A DNA stretch of 64,000 nt from Candidatus Cloacimonadota bacterium (GCA_963676615.1 OY781092.1:992001-1056000), one strand, 5' to 3'. Positions 1 to 10,852 are shown, counted from the stretch's first letter. The notes: generated by a model from the letters alone, not told the origin. A program made the numbers and translations.

Positions 1-2
1 CC

Positions 3-206
3 GAGCTGTGTTCACCGCAATTTCAAAAAACTCTGGCAGAGGCGGAAATCATCATCAGCAAAGGACAGGGCAACTACGAGGCGCTCTCGGACACAAATTT
101 GCCAATCTACTTTTTCCTCAAAGCCAAATGTCAGGTCATCGCCGACCACATCGGCGTTCCGCTGGGTTCGTATCTCCTAATAAAAAATCAGAGGAGGGCA
201 AAATGA
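3..206 (+). CDS. DUF89/ARMT1-like damage-control phosphatase, C-terminal part (5' end outside window)
   Basis: Manual frame-3 translation gives ...AEIIISKGQGNYEALS...FFLKAKCQVIA...*, matching the KGxGNYE and LKAKC motifs; TGA overlaps the hisH ATG. Confidence 0.75.
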   Translation, partial: ELCSPQFQKTLAEAEIIISKGQGNYEALSDTNLPIYFFLKAKCQVIADHIGVPLGSYLLIKNQRRAK

Positions 207-802
207 TAGCCATAATCGACTACGGAGCGGGAAATCTGCATTCCGTGCAAAACGCCTTGAGCCACCTGCATGCCGACCACATCATCGCATCAACTCCGCA
301 GCAAATTCTTGCGGCAGACAAAGTAATTTTGCCCGGCGTCGGACACTTTGGACAAGCCAGCGGCAAGCTGGAAAACTCGGGCTGCTACGACACTCTGCTC
401 GACTGGATACGCCAAGACAAGCCGTTTTTGGGAATCTGCGTCGGTTTGCAACTTTTAATGGAAGGCAGCACCGAAGCACCCTCTGCAAAAGGGTTCGGTT
501 TCTTTGCGGGGAAATGCGAAAAATTTGTCGGCAAAAGGGTGCCACAAATGGGCTGGAATCAGATTTCGTTCCAGCGCGAAGACCCAATTTTTCAAGAAAT
601 ACCCGACCAAAGCAACTTCTACTTCGTCCACAGCTACTACCCAAAAGCGCAAAATCAAGCCGACATCCTCGCCAAATGTAGCTATTGCGACCAAGATTTC
701 GGGGCAATTTTGCAAAAAGGCAATATCTATGGCACACAATTTCACCCCGAAAAAAGCGGCAAAGCGGGGCTGCAACTTCTCAAAAATTGGATAAATCTGT
801 AA
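203..802 (+). CDS. hisH: Imidazole glycerol phosphate synthase, glutaminase subunit
   Basis: IIDYGAGNL, LPGVG, GICVG, FVHSY and QFHPEKS motifs; GAGG RBS before ATG 203. Confidence 0.95.
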   Translation: MIAIIDYGAGNLHSVQNALSHLHADHIIASTPQQILAADKVILPGVGHFGQASGKLENSGCYDTLLDWIRQDKPFLGICVGLQLLMEGSTEAPSAKGFGFFAGKCEKFVGKRVPQMGWNQISFQREDPIFQEIPDQSNFYFVHSYYPKAQNQADILAKCSYCDQDFGAILQKGNIYGTQFHPEKSGKAGLQLLKNWINL

Positions 803-1386
803 CCGCAAAAACTTTGCAAAAAGTGGTCTTGCCCGACAAAAAACGGCACATTTTTCAGACCGCCGCAGGTCAAGCCATCTCCAGTGACGGCAACTTTTTG
901 GTCGAAACAGTTTTGCAAAATCACAGCCAAAAAACGCTGAAAGCTTTGGATATAGGTTGCGGTTGCGGAATTTTGAGTTTTATGCTCAAGCTAGCTCGTC
1001 CAGATTGGCAAATCTCCGGAATCGACATTCAAAAAAATCTAATCCAACTCGCCAAAGAAAACGCTCAACTCTGCCAGCTAGACGCAGAGTTCGCTTGCGA
1101 AGATCTAAACTCGCACCGCGAAAAATACGACCTCATTATCTGCAATCCGCCATTCTTCCCAAAAAATTCGGGAAAAATGCCCCAAGAAATCGGCAAGCAA
1201 ATCGCCCGCTTCGAGCTTAAATGCACCCAACAACAAGTCATCGCCGCCGTTCAAAATTGCCTGCAGCCCCAAGGAAACGGCTACATCCTCTACCCTCTGG
1301 CTCGTTTGCAAACCGCAGAACTTCAGGCGAAAATCGTCGCCAAAAAGGGAAATGTTGGGGTGATAGCCATAACATTAAGAAGCTGA
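787..1386 (+). CDS. SAM-dependent methyltransferase, tRNA1(Val) m6A37 (YfiC/TrmN6)-like
   Basis: LDIGCGCG motif I, ICNPPFF motif IV, IARFE; start uncertain (TTG 787). Confidence 0.75.
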   Translation: MDKSVTAKTLQKVVLPDKKRHIFQTAAGQAISSDGNFLVETVLQNHSQKTLKALDIGCGCGILSFMLKLARPDWQISGIDIQKNLIQLAKENAQLCQLDAEFACEDLNSHREKYDLIICNPPFFPKNSGKMPQEIGKQIARFELKCTQQQVIAAVQNCLQPQGNGYILYPLARLQTAELQAKIVAKKGNVGVIAITLRS

Positions 1387-1474
1387 ATTGGATTTTAATA
1401 CTAATAAAACACCACATTAAAGAGCATAAAAAAAGCCCGCGAACAACAACAAATTTAAAGCAACAAGCAGATTT

Positions 1475-1938
1475 TTATTGATTAAGCGACTTCATCCCAA
1501 AGCAATAGACAACATGAGCGACATCAGATTTTCGATAAAATCGCTCCATGATTGGTATCCAAATTTTAAACAAAATCTTGGCTATCGCTTGTGAAAAGGG
1601 AATTTTCGCCTTGTTGGTTTGTTCTTTGGCAGGATCAGATTTCCAAGGCGGCGCATCCGCATATCCCGATTGCACAACGCTATACCCTTTTTTTGCGACC
1701 TCATCTTCCAACTCTTGCCTACTCATCCCTCTGCCAGAATGTTCCCGATTAGAATGCAAAAAAATCTTTCCTGTAGAGTACTTTTTTCGCAGTTTTTTAC
1801 GCAAAACCTCAATCGAAACAATCTCAAAAATTTCGCCCAGACCAAAAATTTCACAACCATATTCCACATCCAAAGACAAACTAATCACCCTATCCATCTT
1901 TTGTAACCCTCAATATTTAACCCAAACAATTCAGTCAT
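1475..1938 (-). CDS. Hypothetical protein; true start probably 1938 with a 1-nt indel at 1899-1902
   Basis: 140-aa ORF 1475-1897; the ATG at 1938 lies next to the upstream stop and joins the ORF if one A is added to the A4 run. Confidence 0.45.
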
Positions 1939-2902
1939 CCAACTCTTTGATAACTGGCAAAATCCCAGGAATAGTAAAATATTTTTTCTCAATATTCAAG
2001 CTCTTCTTAAACTCACTACGGTAATACCAATCGCTACACAAAAAATCTAGCTTTTTCTTAAACTCCTTCAGAGCAAAAAGTTGAAAAATAAATCTAGCGA
2101 AGGAGAAAACAAAATTTGGCAACTTATGCCACTTTCCATATCTCCCAGCACCTAAATTTTGACTAATAAAATCTGCCAAATCTGCCAAAATTACTGGCTC
2201 GTCATCAACAACAATATCTTCAAAACAATTAGAAAATTTTTCATCTAAAATTTTCAAAAAAACTTCCACTAAAAGTTCAATGCTCGTTAAGTGAAACTTA
2301 ACAGCTTTCCTCGGGAAAAACAGCTTTCTTTTGCGAACAAGGTTGATCAAAATGTTAGGAAACCCGTTTTTATCCTCTGTGCCATAAATGATACTAGGTC
2401 TGACGATATTGCAATTCAACCCTTTCTGCATCAAAATCTTCAATCTTTTTTCTGCTTCAATCTTTGATTTATAATACAGGGAATCGCCTGACAAAACACT
2501 ATTTTTACCCGCAGGAACTTTTGGAGGAATCGTGCCATAAACTCCCACAGAAGAGCAAAAAATAAACTTTGTTTTGTTTTGCAAAGCGCTTTTAGCCAAA
2601 ATTTCGGTCGCCTCAACATTTGCCAAAAAATACTCTTTCTCAGAAAACTTCCGCTGCCTTAAAAGAGCTCCTATATGCAAAATTGCATAAAAATTTTCCG
2701 TTTCTAAATAGTTTTGCAAGCCGTCTAAATCGCACAAATCAATTTCAATAATTTTTATTTTCCCTGTAAATTCTTTTAATCTTTCAGGGGCAGTATTTGG
2801 TCGCACAATAGCTGTTACATTATATAAACCTGTCTTCAAAAGAGCCCGCGCAGTGTGTTTGCCGACAAATCCCGTAACGCCAGTGATTAGAACTTTCTTC
2901 AT
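1931..2902 (-). CDS. NAD-dependent epimerase/dehydratase (extended SDR)
   Basis: ITGVTGFVG Rossmann motif, SSVGVYG, YYKSK (YxxxK). Confidence 0.9.
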   Translation of the reverse strand: MKKVLITGVTGFVGKHTARALLKTGLYNVTAIVRPNTAPERLKEFTGKIKIIEIDLCDLDGLQNYLETENFYAILHIGALLRQRKFSEKEYFLANVEATEILAKSALQNKTKFIFCSSVGVYGTIPPKVPAGKNSVLSGDSLYYKSKIEAEKRLKILMQKGLNCNIVRPSIIYGTEDKNGFPNILINLVRKRKLFFPRKAVKFHLTSIELLVEVFLKILDEKFSNCFEDIVVDDEPVILADLADFISQNLGAGRYGKWHKLPNFVFSFARFIFQLFALKEFKKKLDFLCSDWYYRSEFKKSLNIEKKYFTIPGILPVIKELDD

Positions 2903-2905
2903 TTT

Positions 2906-3628
2906 TTATTTTGATTTTTTTTTAGAACAAATATACAAAAAACCTAAAGAAAAAAGTTTCGGAAAAATTTTGTGTATTCTTAAAAAAAGCAATATACTTT
3001 CAACAATCTGAAAAACAAATTTATCTTCTTTTCTCCTAAAAAAACAATAATTTTTCTTCTCAATTTTAAAGCCCGCATCATCTAAAAGTTTTTCCAACTT
3101 CCCTTTGGAAAAAACCCTAATATGCTCAGAAAAAAGGTCTGTCCCATTTTTGTGCGAAATATCCATATAATCGACAAACTCACCCAAAACAAAGCGAATT
3201 CTATTAGCTATATTCAGCATATTCGGCACACAGACCACAAATTTCCCGTCGTCTTTCAAAGAAGCAAAAATAGAATTAACAGCCGCTTGAGGATCAAAAA
3301 TATGCTCCAAAACATCCAAACAAAAAATAGCGTCAAACTCATTTTTTGAAAAAGGCAAAGCCTGTGTATTAAGGTTACAAACTTTGGCTTTAATTCCCAA
3401 CTTGCTAGCTTTTTCAACAGCATTATTCGAAATATCTACACCGTATGTTTGGTTATTTTCGATAAAAGGCGTTAACATAAAACCATCACCACAACCAATA
3501 TCGAGAATTTTTTTATTACCCCCATCTTTCATAAAAGAGGAAAGCAAAATTTTTCTCACCCAATCGTGATAATAGCCACCGATATAAATCTTCTCTTTTT
3601 TCCAATACTCGTCATAATACTCTTTCAT
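2906..3628 (-). CDS. Class I SAM-dependent methyltransferase
   Basis: ILDIGCGDG, GVDIS, FDAIFCLDVLEHI, VPN. Confidence 0.9.
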   Translation of the reverse strand: MKEYYDEYWKKEKIYIGGYYHDWVRKILLSSFMKDGGNKKILDIGCGDGFMLTPFIENNQTYGVDISNNAVEKASKLGIKAKVCNLNTQALPFSKNEFDAIFCLDVLEHIFDPQAAVNSIFASLKDDGKFVVCVPNMLNIANRIRFVLGEFVDYMDISHKNGTDLFSEHIRVFSKGKLEKLLDDAGFKIEKKNYCFFRRKEDKFVFQIVESILLFLRIHKIFPKLFSLGFLYICSKKKSK

Positions 3629-3771
3629 TTTATCTCCATTATTAGTCGTTCTAACTTTGAAATCGCAAATATACTGACAAGCAAATTTTCCACCTTTTTA
3701 TTTTCGCTTGACATCATAGAGTCCGCTGCAAACTGTTATCAAAATTATTTTTGTTAAAAAAGAGGGACAAA

Positions 3772-5166
3772 ATGAGTAAACTTTGGGGCGGCAGATTTCA
3801 GAAAGAGACCGACAAGTTGGTGGAAGATTTTCATTCGTCGATTGGGTTTGACCAAAGGCTTTATCGGCAAGATATTCAAGGATCAATCGCTCACGCCAAG
3901 ATGCTAGGAGAGCAAAATATCATCTCGCAAAATGAGGCGAAAGTTCTTGTAAACGGGCTGCTGGAGCTGCAAGCCGAGATAGACGCTGGCAAAATCAAGT
4001 TCGACCCCGCTGCCGAAGATATTCATATGAACATCGAGACTCTGCTGACAAAAAAAGTTGGCGATGTTGGCAAAAAGTTGCACACGGGCAGGTCGCGAAA
4101 CGACCAAGTCGCTTTGGATATCAAGCTGTATCTGAAGAAAGAGATTGCGAGCTTGCAAACTCTACTCCTGCAATTGCAAAAGACTATTTTGGAGCTTGCC
4201 AAAAAAAACTTGCACACCATTATGCCGGGCTACACGCATCTGCAAAAGGCGCAGCCGATCACTTTTGCGCACCACATTATGGCATATTTTTTTATGTTTG
4301 AACGAGATTTGAGCAGGTTCGCCGATTGCCAAAAAAGAGCAGACACTTGTCCGCTTGGCTCTGGCGCCCTTGCCACAACCACTTTTCCACTGGATAGAAA
4401 AATGGTCGCCGATGAGCTTGGCTTTGCCGAAATCACCGCCAACTCTCTGGACGGCGTGAGCGACCGCGACCACATCGCCGAGTTTCAGTCTGCCGCCGCA
4501 ATTTTGATGATGCACTTTTCCCGATTGTGCGAAGAGATTATCCTCTGGTCGAGCGACGAATTCGGCTTCATCACGCTGGACGACGCCTATTCCACGGGCT
4601 CGAGCATTATGCCGCAAAAGAAAAATCCCGATGTTGCCGAACTGATTAGAGGCAAAACTGGGCGAGTTTACGGAAATTTGCTGGCGATTTTGACGATCCT
4701 GAAGTCGCTGCCGCTTGCCTATAACAAAGATATGCAGGAGGACAAGGAGAGCTTTTTCGATACGGTCGATACGCTCTACGGCTGCCTTTTGACCATCACG
4801 CCGATGCTGGCGACGATGAAGATAAACAGCGAAAAAATGCTGGCTGGAGCCTCAGGCGGCTTTACCAACGCCACAGATGTCGCCGACTATCTTGCCAAAA
4901 AAGGGACACCTTTCCGCGAGGCTCACCGCATCGTGGGCGAGATTGTTTTTCATTGCCTAGAGAAAAAAATCGCCATCCAAGAGTTAACTTTGGCTGAATT
5001 TCAAAAATTTTCGCCGATTTTCACTGATGATATTTACGAGTTTATCACCTTGCAAACTTGTGTCAACAAGCGAGATTTGCCCAGCGGACCAGCGCCAACG
5101 GCGGTAAAAGAGAGCATCGAGCTTGGCGAAAAATTGCTCGCAAAATTTAGGCAAGAAAATTTTTAG
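3772..5166 (+). CDS. argH: Argininosuccinate lyase
   Basis: LWGGRF, HTGRSRNDQV, PGYTHLQ, GSSIMPQKKNPD signature. Confidence 0.97.
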   Translation: MSKLWGGRFQKETDKLVEDFHSSIGFDQRLYRQDIQGSIAHAKMLGEQNIISQNEAKVLVNGLLELQAEIDAGKIKFDPAAEDIHMNIETLLTKKVGDVGKKLHTGRSRNDQVALDIKLYLKKEIASLQTLLLQLQKTILELAKKNLHTIMPGYTHLQKAQPITFAHHIMAYFFMFERDLSRFADCQKRADTCPLGSGALATTTFPLDRKMVADELGFAEITANSLDGVSDRDHIAEFQSAAAILMMHFSRLCEEIILWSSDEFGFITLDDAYSTGSSIMPQKKNPDVAELIRGKTGRVYGNLLAILTILKSLPLAYNKDMQEDKESFFDTVDTLYGCLLTITPMLATMKINSEKMLAGASGGFTNATDVADYLAKKGTPFREAHRIVGEIVFHCLEKKIAIQELTLAEFQKFSPIFTDDIYEFITLQTCVNKRDLPSGPAPTAVKESIELGEKLLAKFRQENF

Positions 5167-5604
5167 CTAAAAAAGTTTATCCGCTTTGGCAGGCGAGTTT
5201 TTCCAGCTCGTCCAACGCCTGACTTGGCGTTTTGGCAACGACAAAAAGCTCTTCCGCCGTCGAAAATTTTTTTGCGATTGTGAACTGGATAAATTCCAGC
5301 AGTTTGTCGTAAAATCCAGCCGTGTTCAAAAAAACAATCGGTTTGTGATGGTAGCCCAATTTTCGCAAAGTTATCATCTCCAGCACCTCCTCCAGCGTTC
5401 CGTATCCGCCCGGCAGAGCGATGAAAGCGTCGGCGTTGTCTTGCATTACCGCCTTGCGAATCCGCATATTTTCGGTGAAAATCATCTGGCTAGCGCCGCG
5501 ATAAGCCAGCTCTAGATTTTTCAACTTGTGTGGAATCACGCCCAAAGTGTAACCTCCTGCGCTCATAACGCTTCTGGCGAGCTCGCCCATCAGACCCACA
5601 TTTC

Positions 5605-6920
5605 GGCACCGTCCAAAAAAGTGTGTCTAATCTCCAATTTGGTTTCCATTTTCTTAACTTTCTGGGAACAAAATTTTGTCAAATTTAAATTGATAAATCG
5701 GATAATTCAGATATTTATCGACCTTGTCCATCGCGACCTTGCTCAGCAGCAGTAGCACAGACTCATCGCTGGGCATCGAGTTCCTGATTTTCAAAACTTT
5801 CCGAAACTGTTTATTCAAATTTTCGATCCAATTTGTGGTGTAAATCAGCCGCTGAATTCTGTGGTCAAACTCCAAAAAAGTGAAATAATAAACGACATCG
5901 TCTCTGTTTAATAACTTCTTGGTAAATCGATACTTATCTCCCCATTTTTTCGCAAAATTATCCAAATTTTTCAAAGCAATTTCTTTCGTATAGCGTTCTT
6001 GTCCGACGCAAAAAATTTCCTTCAAATCGTCGCTAATTTCGCTTTTATCACTATTCCTGACCTTAGCTAATAGACTTCTTTTAAAGTGAGTTACACACTT
6101 TTGAAATTTCGCATTTTTAAAAACTTTGCTCACCACATTTTCCAGCCCAACAAGGCCGTCAGCCACGACCAATTTTGTCGTTTACAAGCCTCGCGATTTT
6201 AGGCGATTAAACAAGAATTCCCAGCCAGCAGCGCTCTCGGTCGGGATATTTTCGAGCGCCAAAATGTCCCGACTTTTGTCCTCTCGGACGCCGATAACCA
6301 CGCAAAACGCCTCAGTTTCAACACTGTCGAGCCGCCTCAATTTGGAATGTATGGCGTCAATCATAATAATCGGATAGTTTTTTTCTAGCGGCCTATTTCG
6401 CCAATTTGTCAACAATTCTTTGAATTCTTGGCTGATATTGCTGATGGTCGATTTTTTGTAATTCGTGCCAAAAACATTTGCGAAAACATTCTCTATGTCT
6501 CTGGTAGACAAGCCTTTAGCATACAGCTGAAACGCCAATTCTCGTACTTCTTGCTCCTGCTTTTTCAAAATTTCCAAGATAAATGGATAAAATTGACCGA
6601 ATCTGTCGCGCGGAATTTTGAATTGAATTTTGCCGCTGAGAGATGAAAAACACCTGCTGCGATAGCCGTTGCCTTTGTTGTTTGAGCTTTTGTTTTCCGC
6701 CATAAAAGCCTGTCTTTCCAGCTTCATAAGGCTGTTAAAAACGAACTCGATCAATTTATTCGCGCCATAATCATTGACATTTTCGTCTAAAATTTTTTGT
6801 AGTTGACTTGCGTTAAATCGCATAAGAATCTCCTTTTTTGTTCTTTTTTTTATAAAAATTGGAGATTCTTTTTTTGTGTCTAGTTTTTTTTGCTGCAGAC
6901 ACACTTTTTTGGACAGTGCC
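5605..6920 (-). mobile_element. IS256-family insertion sequence (1316 bp)
   Basis: 24-bp terminal inverted repeats GGCAC(C/T)GTCCAAAAAAGTGTGTCT at 5605-5628 and 6897-6920 (1 mismatch); flanking duplication CACATTTC / CACATTTTC. Confidence 0.93.
5654..6823 (-). pseudogene. IS256 (Mutator-type DDE) transposase with an in-frame premature stop
   Basis: NGYR, IPRDR, GLSTRDI, IDAI, ADGL, QKCVTH, YTTNWIE motifs; TAA at 6182-6184 is in frame between the two ORFs. Confidence 0.9.
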
Positions 6921-7066
6921 CACATTTTCCACCGCCATAAACCAAACTATGCCCCCGAGTGACCATCTGCCTGCCCAAATCTTTAGCGGCGTCTTTGTAA
7001 GTTTGATCGATATTTTCCGCCGAAGCACAATAAACACAAATATTCATAACTTCCTCTGGTTTTGTC

Positions 7067-7105
7067 AAAAAAAGCACCTCCACCTTTCACGATGGAAGTG
7101 CTTTT
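7067..7105 (-). terminator. Intrinsic terminator of the hydrogenase operon
   Basis: Minus strand AAAAGCACTTCCA-loop-TGGAGGTGCTTTTTTT just after the hydA stop. Confidence 0.75.
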
Positions 7106-7118
7106 GCTTTTTTATTTT

Positions 7119-8867
7119 TTACTCTTGTTTGCCCGATAGTTTGTTGCGTTTTTTGTAGTGCGTATGCAAATATTGGTGAGATTTGTGCGAGAGCGGCTCG
7201 CCCAAAAACTCTTTGTAAATTTTGGTAATCATCGGGTTGGTGTGCGAAGCCCTAAACTGGCAATCTTTGTCCTCTTTGTAGAGCGATTCGCCGCGTCTGG
7301 CACGGTCGGCAATGCTAGAGCCATACGGCTGTCCGCCGCCACCAACGCATCCGCCAGGGCACGCCATTATCTCGATAAAGTGGTAAGATTTTTTACCCGA
7401 CTGCACATCTTCGAGCAGCTTTTTGGCGTTGCCAAGCCCGTGCACCACAGCCACATTCACCGTCAAAGTCGTCGAACTGTCTTTCAGCGGAATGTCCAAA
7501 CTCGCTTCCTTAATTCCTTGCATTCCGCGCACAGCTTCCACCTCCATCTTGCCCAGCTCTTTGCCCGATAAAATTGCATAAGCTGTGCGAATTGCCGCTT
7601 CCATCACTCCACCTGTCGCACCAAAAATCGTCCCCGCACCTGTGTATTGTCCCATAAGCTGGTCGGCTTCCTCTTCTGGCAAATTTTTGAAATCCAAATT
7701 TGCCGCCTTTATCATCTTTACAAACTCCCGCACAGTCAGCACACAATCGACATCCTGATAGCCAGAAGCGTTCATCTCGGGGCGCTTTGCCTCAAATTTT
7801 TTGGCTGTGCAAGGCATAATCGACACGCTGACAATATCTTTGGGGTCGATTTTCTCTTGCTCGGCAAAATAGGTCTTCACCATCGCGCCGAACATCTGTT
7901 GCGGCGATTTGCAAGTAGAAACATTATCGAGCAAATCTGGGAAATAGGTCTCCACAAACTTCACCCAGCCAGGCGAACAAGAGGTGATAAGCGGTAAAGT
8001 TCCGCCCTCTTTTATCCGCTGAATAAGCTCCGAGCCCTCTTCCATTATCGTCAAATCCGCAGCAAAGTTCGTATCGAAAACGCGGTCAAATCCCAGACGA
8101 CGCAAAGCGGCATACATTTTGCCAACCGTCACTTTCGTCGGATCCATTCCAAACTCTTCGCCAAGAGCAGCCCGAACCGACGGCGCCTCTTGCACCACCA
8201 CAATTTTGCTCGGGTCGAACAAAGCGTCTTGCACCTGCTCAATCTCACTCTTTTCCTTGAGCGCGCCCACAGGACAATACACCGTGCACTGCCCGCAGTT
8301 CACGCAAGGACTATCGGCAAGGCTCGTATCAAACGCCGCAGTCACCTTGCTGGCAAAGCCACGACCGCTCACACAAAGAGCGTGAACTTTTTGAATATCG
8401 TTACACACCGTGATGCAACGCCCGCAATGGATGCACTTGTTGGTATCTTTCACAATCGAAGGCCCCAAATTATCCACCTTCGCCCGCTCGAAAATCGGCT
8501 CGTAATCCGACTCGGGAATGTCCAAATAGTTGATCAGCTCCTGCAACTCGCATTTGCCGTTTTGGTCGCAAGTCGGGCATTTCACATCGTGTTCCAACAA
8601 AATCAAAGACAAGAGCTCTTTGCGAAGTTTGCGAATTTCTGGCGAATCGGTAACTATCGACATTCCGTCTGCCACAGGCGTAACACACGCCCGCTTTAGC
8701 GGACCCACACCCTCTATCTTCACCACACAAACTCCACAATTTCCAGTAGGAGTCAAATCTTTGTGATAACACAAACTCGGGATGTAATGTCCGCTCTGCT
8801 CAGCCGCTTCCATAATGGTCTGACCAGCCTTAGCCTCTACCGTTTTTCCGTTTATCGTTATTTGCAT
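7119..8867 (-). CDS. hydA: [FeFe]-hydrogenase catalytic subunit, multimeric group A3 (HydA/HndD)
   Basis: H-cluster motifs TSCSPGW, MPCTAKKFE, EIMACPGGCVGGGGQP; N-terminal 2Fe-2S, His-ligated and 2x4Fe-4S domains. Confidence 0.95.
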   Translation of the reverse strand: MQITINGKTVEAKAGQTIMEAAEQSGHYIPSLCYHKDLTPTGNCGVCVVKIEGVGPLKRACVTPVADGMSIVTDSPEIRKLRKELLSLILLEHDVKCPTCDQNGKCELQELINYLDIPESDYEPIFERAKVDNLGPSIVKDTNKCIHCGRCITVCNDIQKVHALCVSGRGFASKVTAAFDTSLADSPCVNCGQCTVYCPVGALKEKSEIEQVQDALFDPSKIVVVQEAPSVRAALGEEFGMDPTKVTVGKMYAALRRLGFDRVFDTNFAADLTIMEEGSELIQRIKEGGTLPLITSCSPGWVKFVETYFPDLLDNVSTCKSPQQMFGAMVKTYFAEQEKIDPKDIVSVSIMPCTAKKFEAKRPEMNASGYQDVDCVLTVREFVKMIKAANLDFKNLPEEEADQLMGQYTGAGTIFGATGGVMEAAIRTAYAILSGKELGKMEVEAVRGMQGIKEASLDIPLKDSSTTLTVNVAVVHGLGNAKKLLEDVQSGKKSYHFIEIMACPGGCVGGGGQPYGSSIADRARRGESLYKEDKDCQFRASHTNPMITKIYKEFLGEPLSHKSHQYLHTHYKKRNKLSGKQE

Positions 8868-8871
8868 TTTC

Positions 8872-10428
8872 TTACTCTCCTATAAACTTTTCAAATTCAT
8901 CTCCAAAATATTTGACCATACTGCCAATGGGCATCGCAGGAGATTGTCCCAGTGCGCAAAAAGAGGTTTTTTGCATCAAGCTGGAAACTTCGTCCAACCT
9001 TTTCACATCAGCGCGGCAGCCTTCTCCAGCCAATATTTTGTCTATCAAACCAACCAAAACTTTGCAACCAATCCGACAAGAGCTACATTTTCCACAAGAT
9101 TCGTGCAAAAAGAAGTTCAAAATAGAACGCAAAACTTTGAGCATATTTGCTTTTTCGCTCATAATCAAAATCGCCCCAGAGCCAAGCACCGCAGACTCTT
9201 TGGACAGATTTTCAAAATCGAGCTTAATCTGCAGAAGCTCCTTTGGCAAAAACATTCCCGCAGCTCCGCCAACCAAAGCGGCTTTGAACTTCTTGTCCTC
9301 TTTGAGTCCGCCGCCGTATTTAAAGATAATCTCCGACAAAGTCGTGCCCATAGGCACCTCTATCAAGCCGGGACTGTTCACATCGCCCAAAATCGTGTAA
9401 ACCTTTGTTCCGCAAGAGCCAGGCGTGCCAATCTCGGCAAACTTCGCTCCGCCATTTTCCACAATCTCTGGCAAATTGGAGAGCGTCTCGACATTGTTAA
9501 CCACCGTCGGTTTGCCCCAAAGTCCGCTCACGCCAGGATAAGGAGGCTTCGAGCGAGGATTACCTCTGCCGCCCTCCAGCGAATTCAAAAGCGCCGTCTC
9601 CTCACCGCAAACATAAGCACCAGCGCCAACTTTGACCATCACATCAAAATCGAAACCGCTACCCAAAATATCTTTGCCCAAAAGCCCATACTCTCTGGCT
9701 TGCGCAATCGCTTTTTTGAGCCGATTAATGCAAAGCTTATACTCGCCACGAATGTAGATAAATCCAGTGTCCGCGCCAGCCACAAAACCCGCTATCATCA
9801 TTCCCTCGAGCAGCTTGTGCGGGTCGCCTTCCATAATCAGCCGATCCTTAAAAGTTCCCGCTTCGCCCTCGTCGGCGTTCACGACGATATACTTGTGCTT
9901 TTCGTCCAATTTGGCAGTCAGCTCCAGCTTCATTCCCGTGGGAAATCCAGCACCGCCACGACCACGCAAATTGGAAGTTTTAATCTCTCGCAAAACCTCG
10001 TCTCTGCCCAGCTGCAAAGCTTTTCCCAAAGCTTGATAACCGTCCACGGCGATATACTCGTCGATAGATTCTGGGTCAATTTTGCCCGAATTTTTAAGCA
10101 CAATTCGGTGTGAAAAAGCAAAATCAACCTCTTGTTTGGCTGGCTGACTCAAACTTTTCACAGGTCGCCCTTTAAGGAAATGTTCCAAAACAATCTGCGG
10201 AACATCCTCCACGGTGATATTGTGATACAAAAGATTATCGGGATAAACCAGAAAATGCACGCCTTTGGACACATAGCCCAGCGTCCCTGTCTCCAGCACA
10301 CCGACCTCTTTCTCCAAACCGTTTTTCGCCAGCTCGTCGCGCATAGCCTGAATGACCGCCTTGACGCCCTTGTCCAGAGTGTGATCGTCAACTACAAAAA
10401 GAATGTGAGTTCTATAAAACATTTTCAC
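8872..10428 (-). CDS. NuoF-like diaphorase subunit, short form (HydB2)
   Basis: LRGRGGAGFPTG, NADEGEAGTFKDR, GAGAYVCGEETAL, ESCGKCSSCRIG; no C-terminal ferredoxin domain. Confidence 0.9.
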   Translation of the reverse strand: MKMFYRTHILFVVDDHTLDKGVKAVIQAMRDELAKNGLEKEVGVLETGTLGYVSKGVHFLVYPDNLLYHNITVEDVPQIVLEHFLKGRPVKSLSQPAKQEVDFAFSHRIVLKNSGKIDPESIDEYIAVDGYQALGKALQLGRDEVLREIKTSNLRGRGGAGFPTGMKLELTAKLDEKHKYIVVNADEGEAGTFKDRLIMEGDPHKLLEGMMIAGFVAGADTGFIYIRGEYKLCINRLKKAIAQAREYGLLGKDILGSGFDFDVMVKVGAGAYVCGEETALLNSLEGGRGNPRSKPPYPGVSGLWGKPTVVNNVETLSNLPEIVENGGAKFAEIGTPGSCGTKVYTILGDVNSPGLIEVPMGTTLSEIIFKYGGGLKEDKKFKAALVGGAAGMFLPKELLQIKLDFENLSKESAVLGSGAILIMSEKANMLKVLRSILNFFLHESCGKCSSCRIGCKVLVGLIDKILAGEGCRADVKRLDEVSSLMQKTSFCALGQSPAMPIGSMVKYFGDEFEKFIGE

Positions 10429-10852
10429 CTCCCTGCAGATTTTTGAGCAACCCCTCCAGCTTCTCTTGGGTCATATTTCCGTAAACTTTATCGTTGACCA
10501 GCACCACAGGAGCGTTACCACACACGCCCAGACACTGACAAGCTTCCAAAGTCACATCGTTCATTTTTTTGGTCTTTTTTTTCAGATAATCAAGCAAATT
10601 GTCCGAGCCCTGCACAACGCAATGAGGCGACTGACACACCTTGATTACAAACTTTCCTCTGGATTCAAGCGCAAACATCGAATAAAAACTCGCCACAGAA
10701 TACACCTGATTATAAGGCATCTTCAAATAATGTGCCACCTCTTTCAGAGCATCAACGCTCAGATGCTGCGTAGGGCTAGCGTCCTGAGCTATATGCAAAA
10801 TCTGCAAAATATTCTCAGGCTTTGGTGGATATTTCGTAAAATCTGTCAACAC
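10412..10852 (-). CDS. NuoE-like 2Fe-2S subunit (HydC2)
   Basis: VASFYSMF, CQSPHC, CLGVC..AP. Confidence 0.88.
   Translation of the reverse strand: MLTDFTKYPPKPENILQILHIAQDASPTQHLSVDALKEVAHYLKMPYNQVYSVASFYSMFALESRGKFVIKVCQSPHCVVQGSDNLLDYLKKKTKKMNDVTLEACQCLGVCGNAPVVLVNDKVYGNMTQEKLEGLLKNLQGGENVL

Larger units (their letters stand above)
5177..7047 (-). pseudogene. LOG family (TIGR00730) nucleotide phosphoribohydrolase interrupted by IS256
   Basis: N-terminal part MNICVYCAS...LVYGGG (7047-6929) and C-terminal part GLMG...PGGYGTLEE (5604-5177) lie either side of the IS. Confidence 0.92.

Noticed and set aside
8..202. N-terminal extension of HisH given in the ORF track
   Set aside because: This region encodes the DUF89 C-terminus in another frame; the RBS supports ATG 203.
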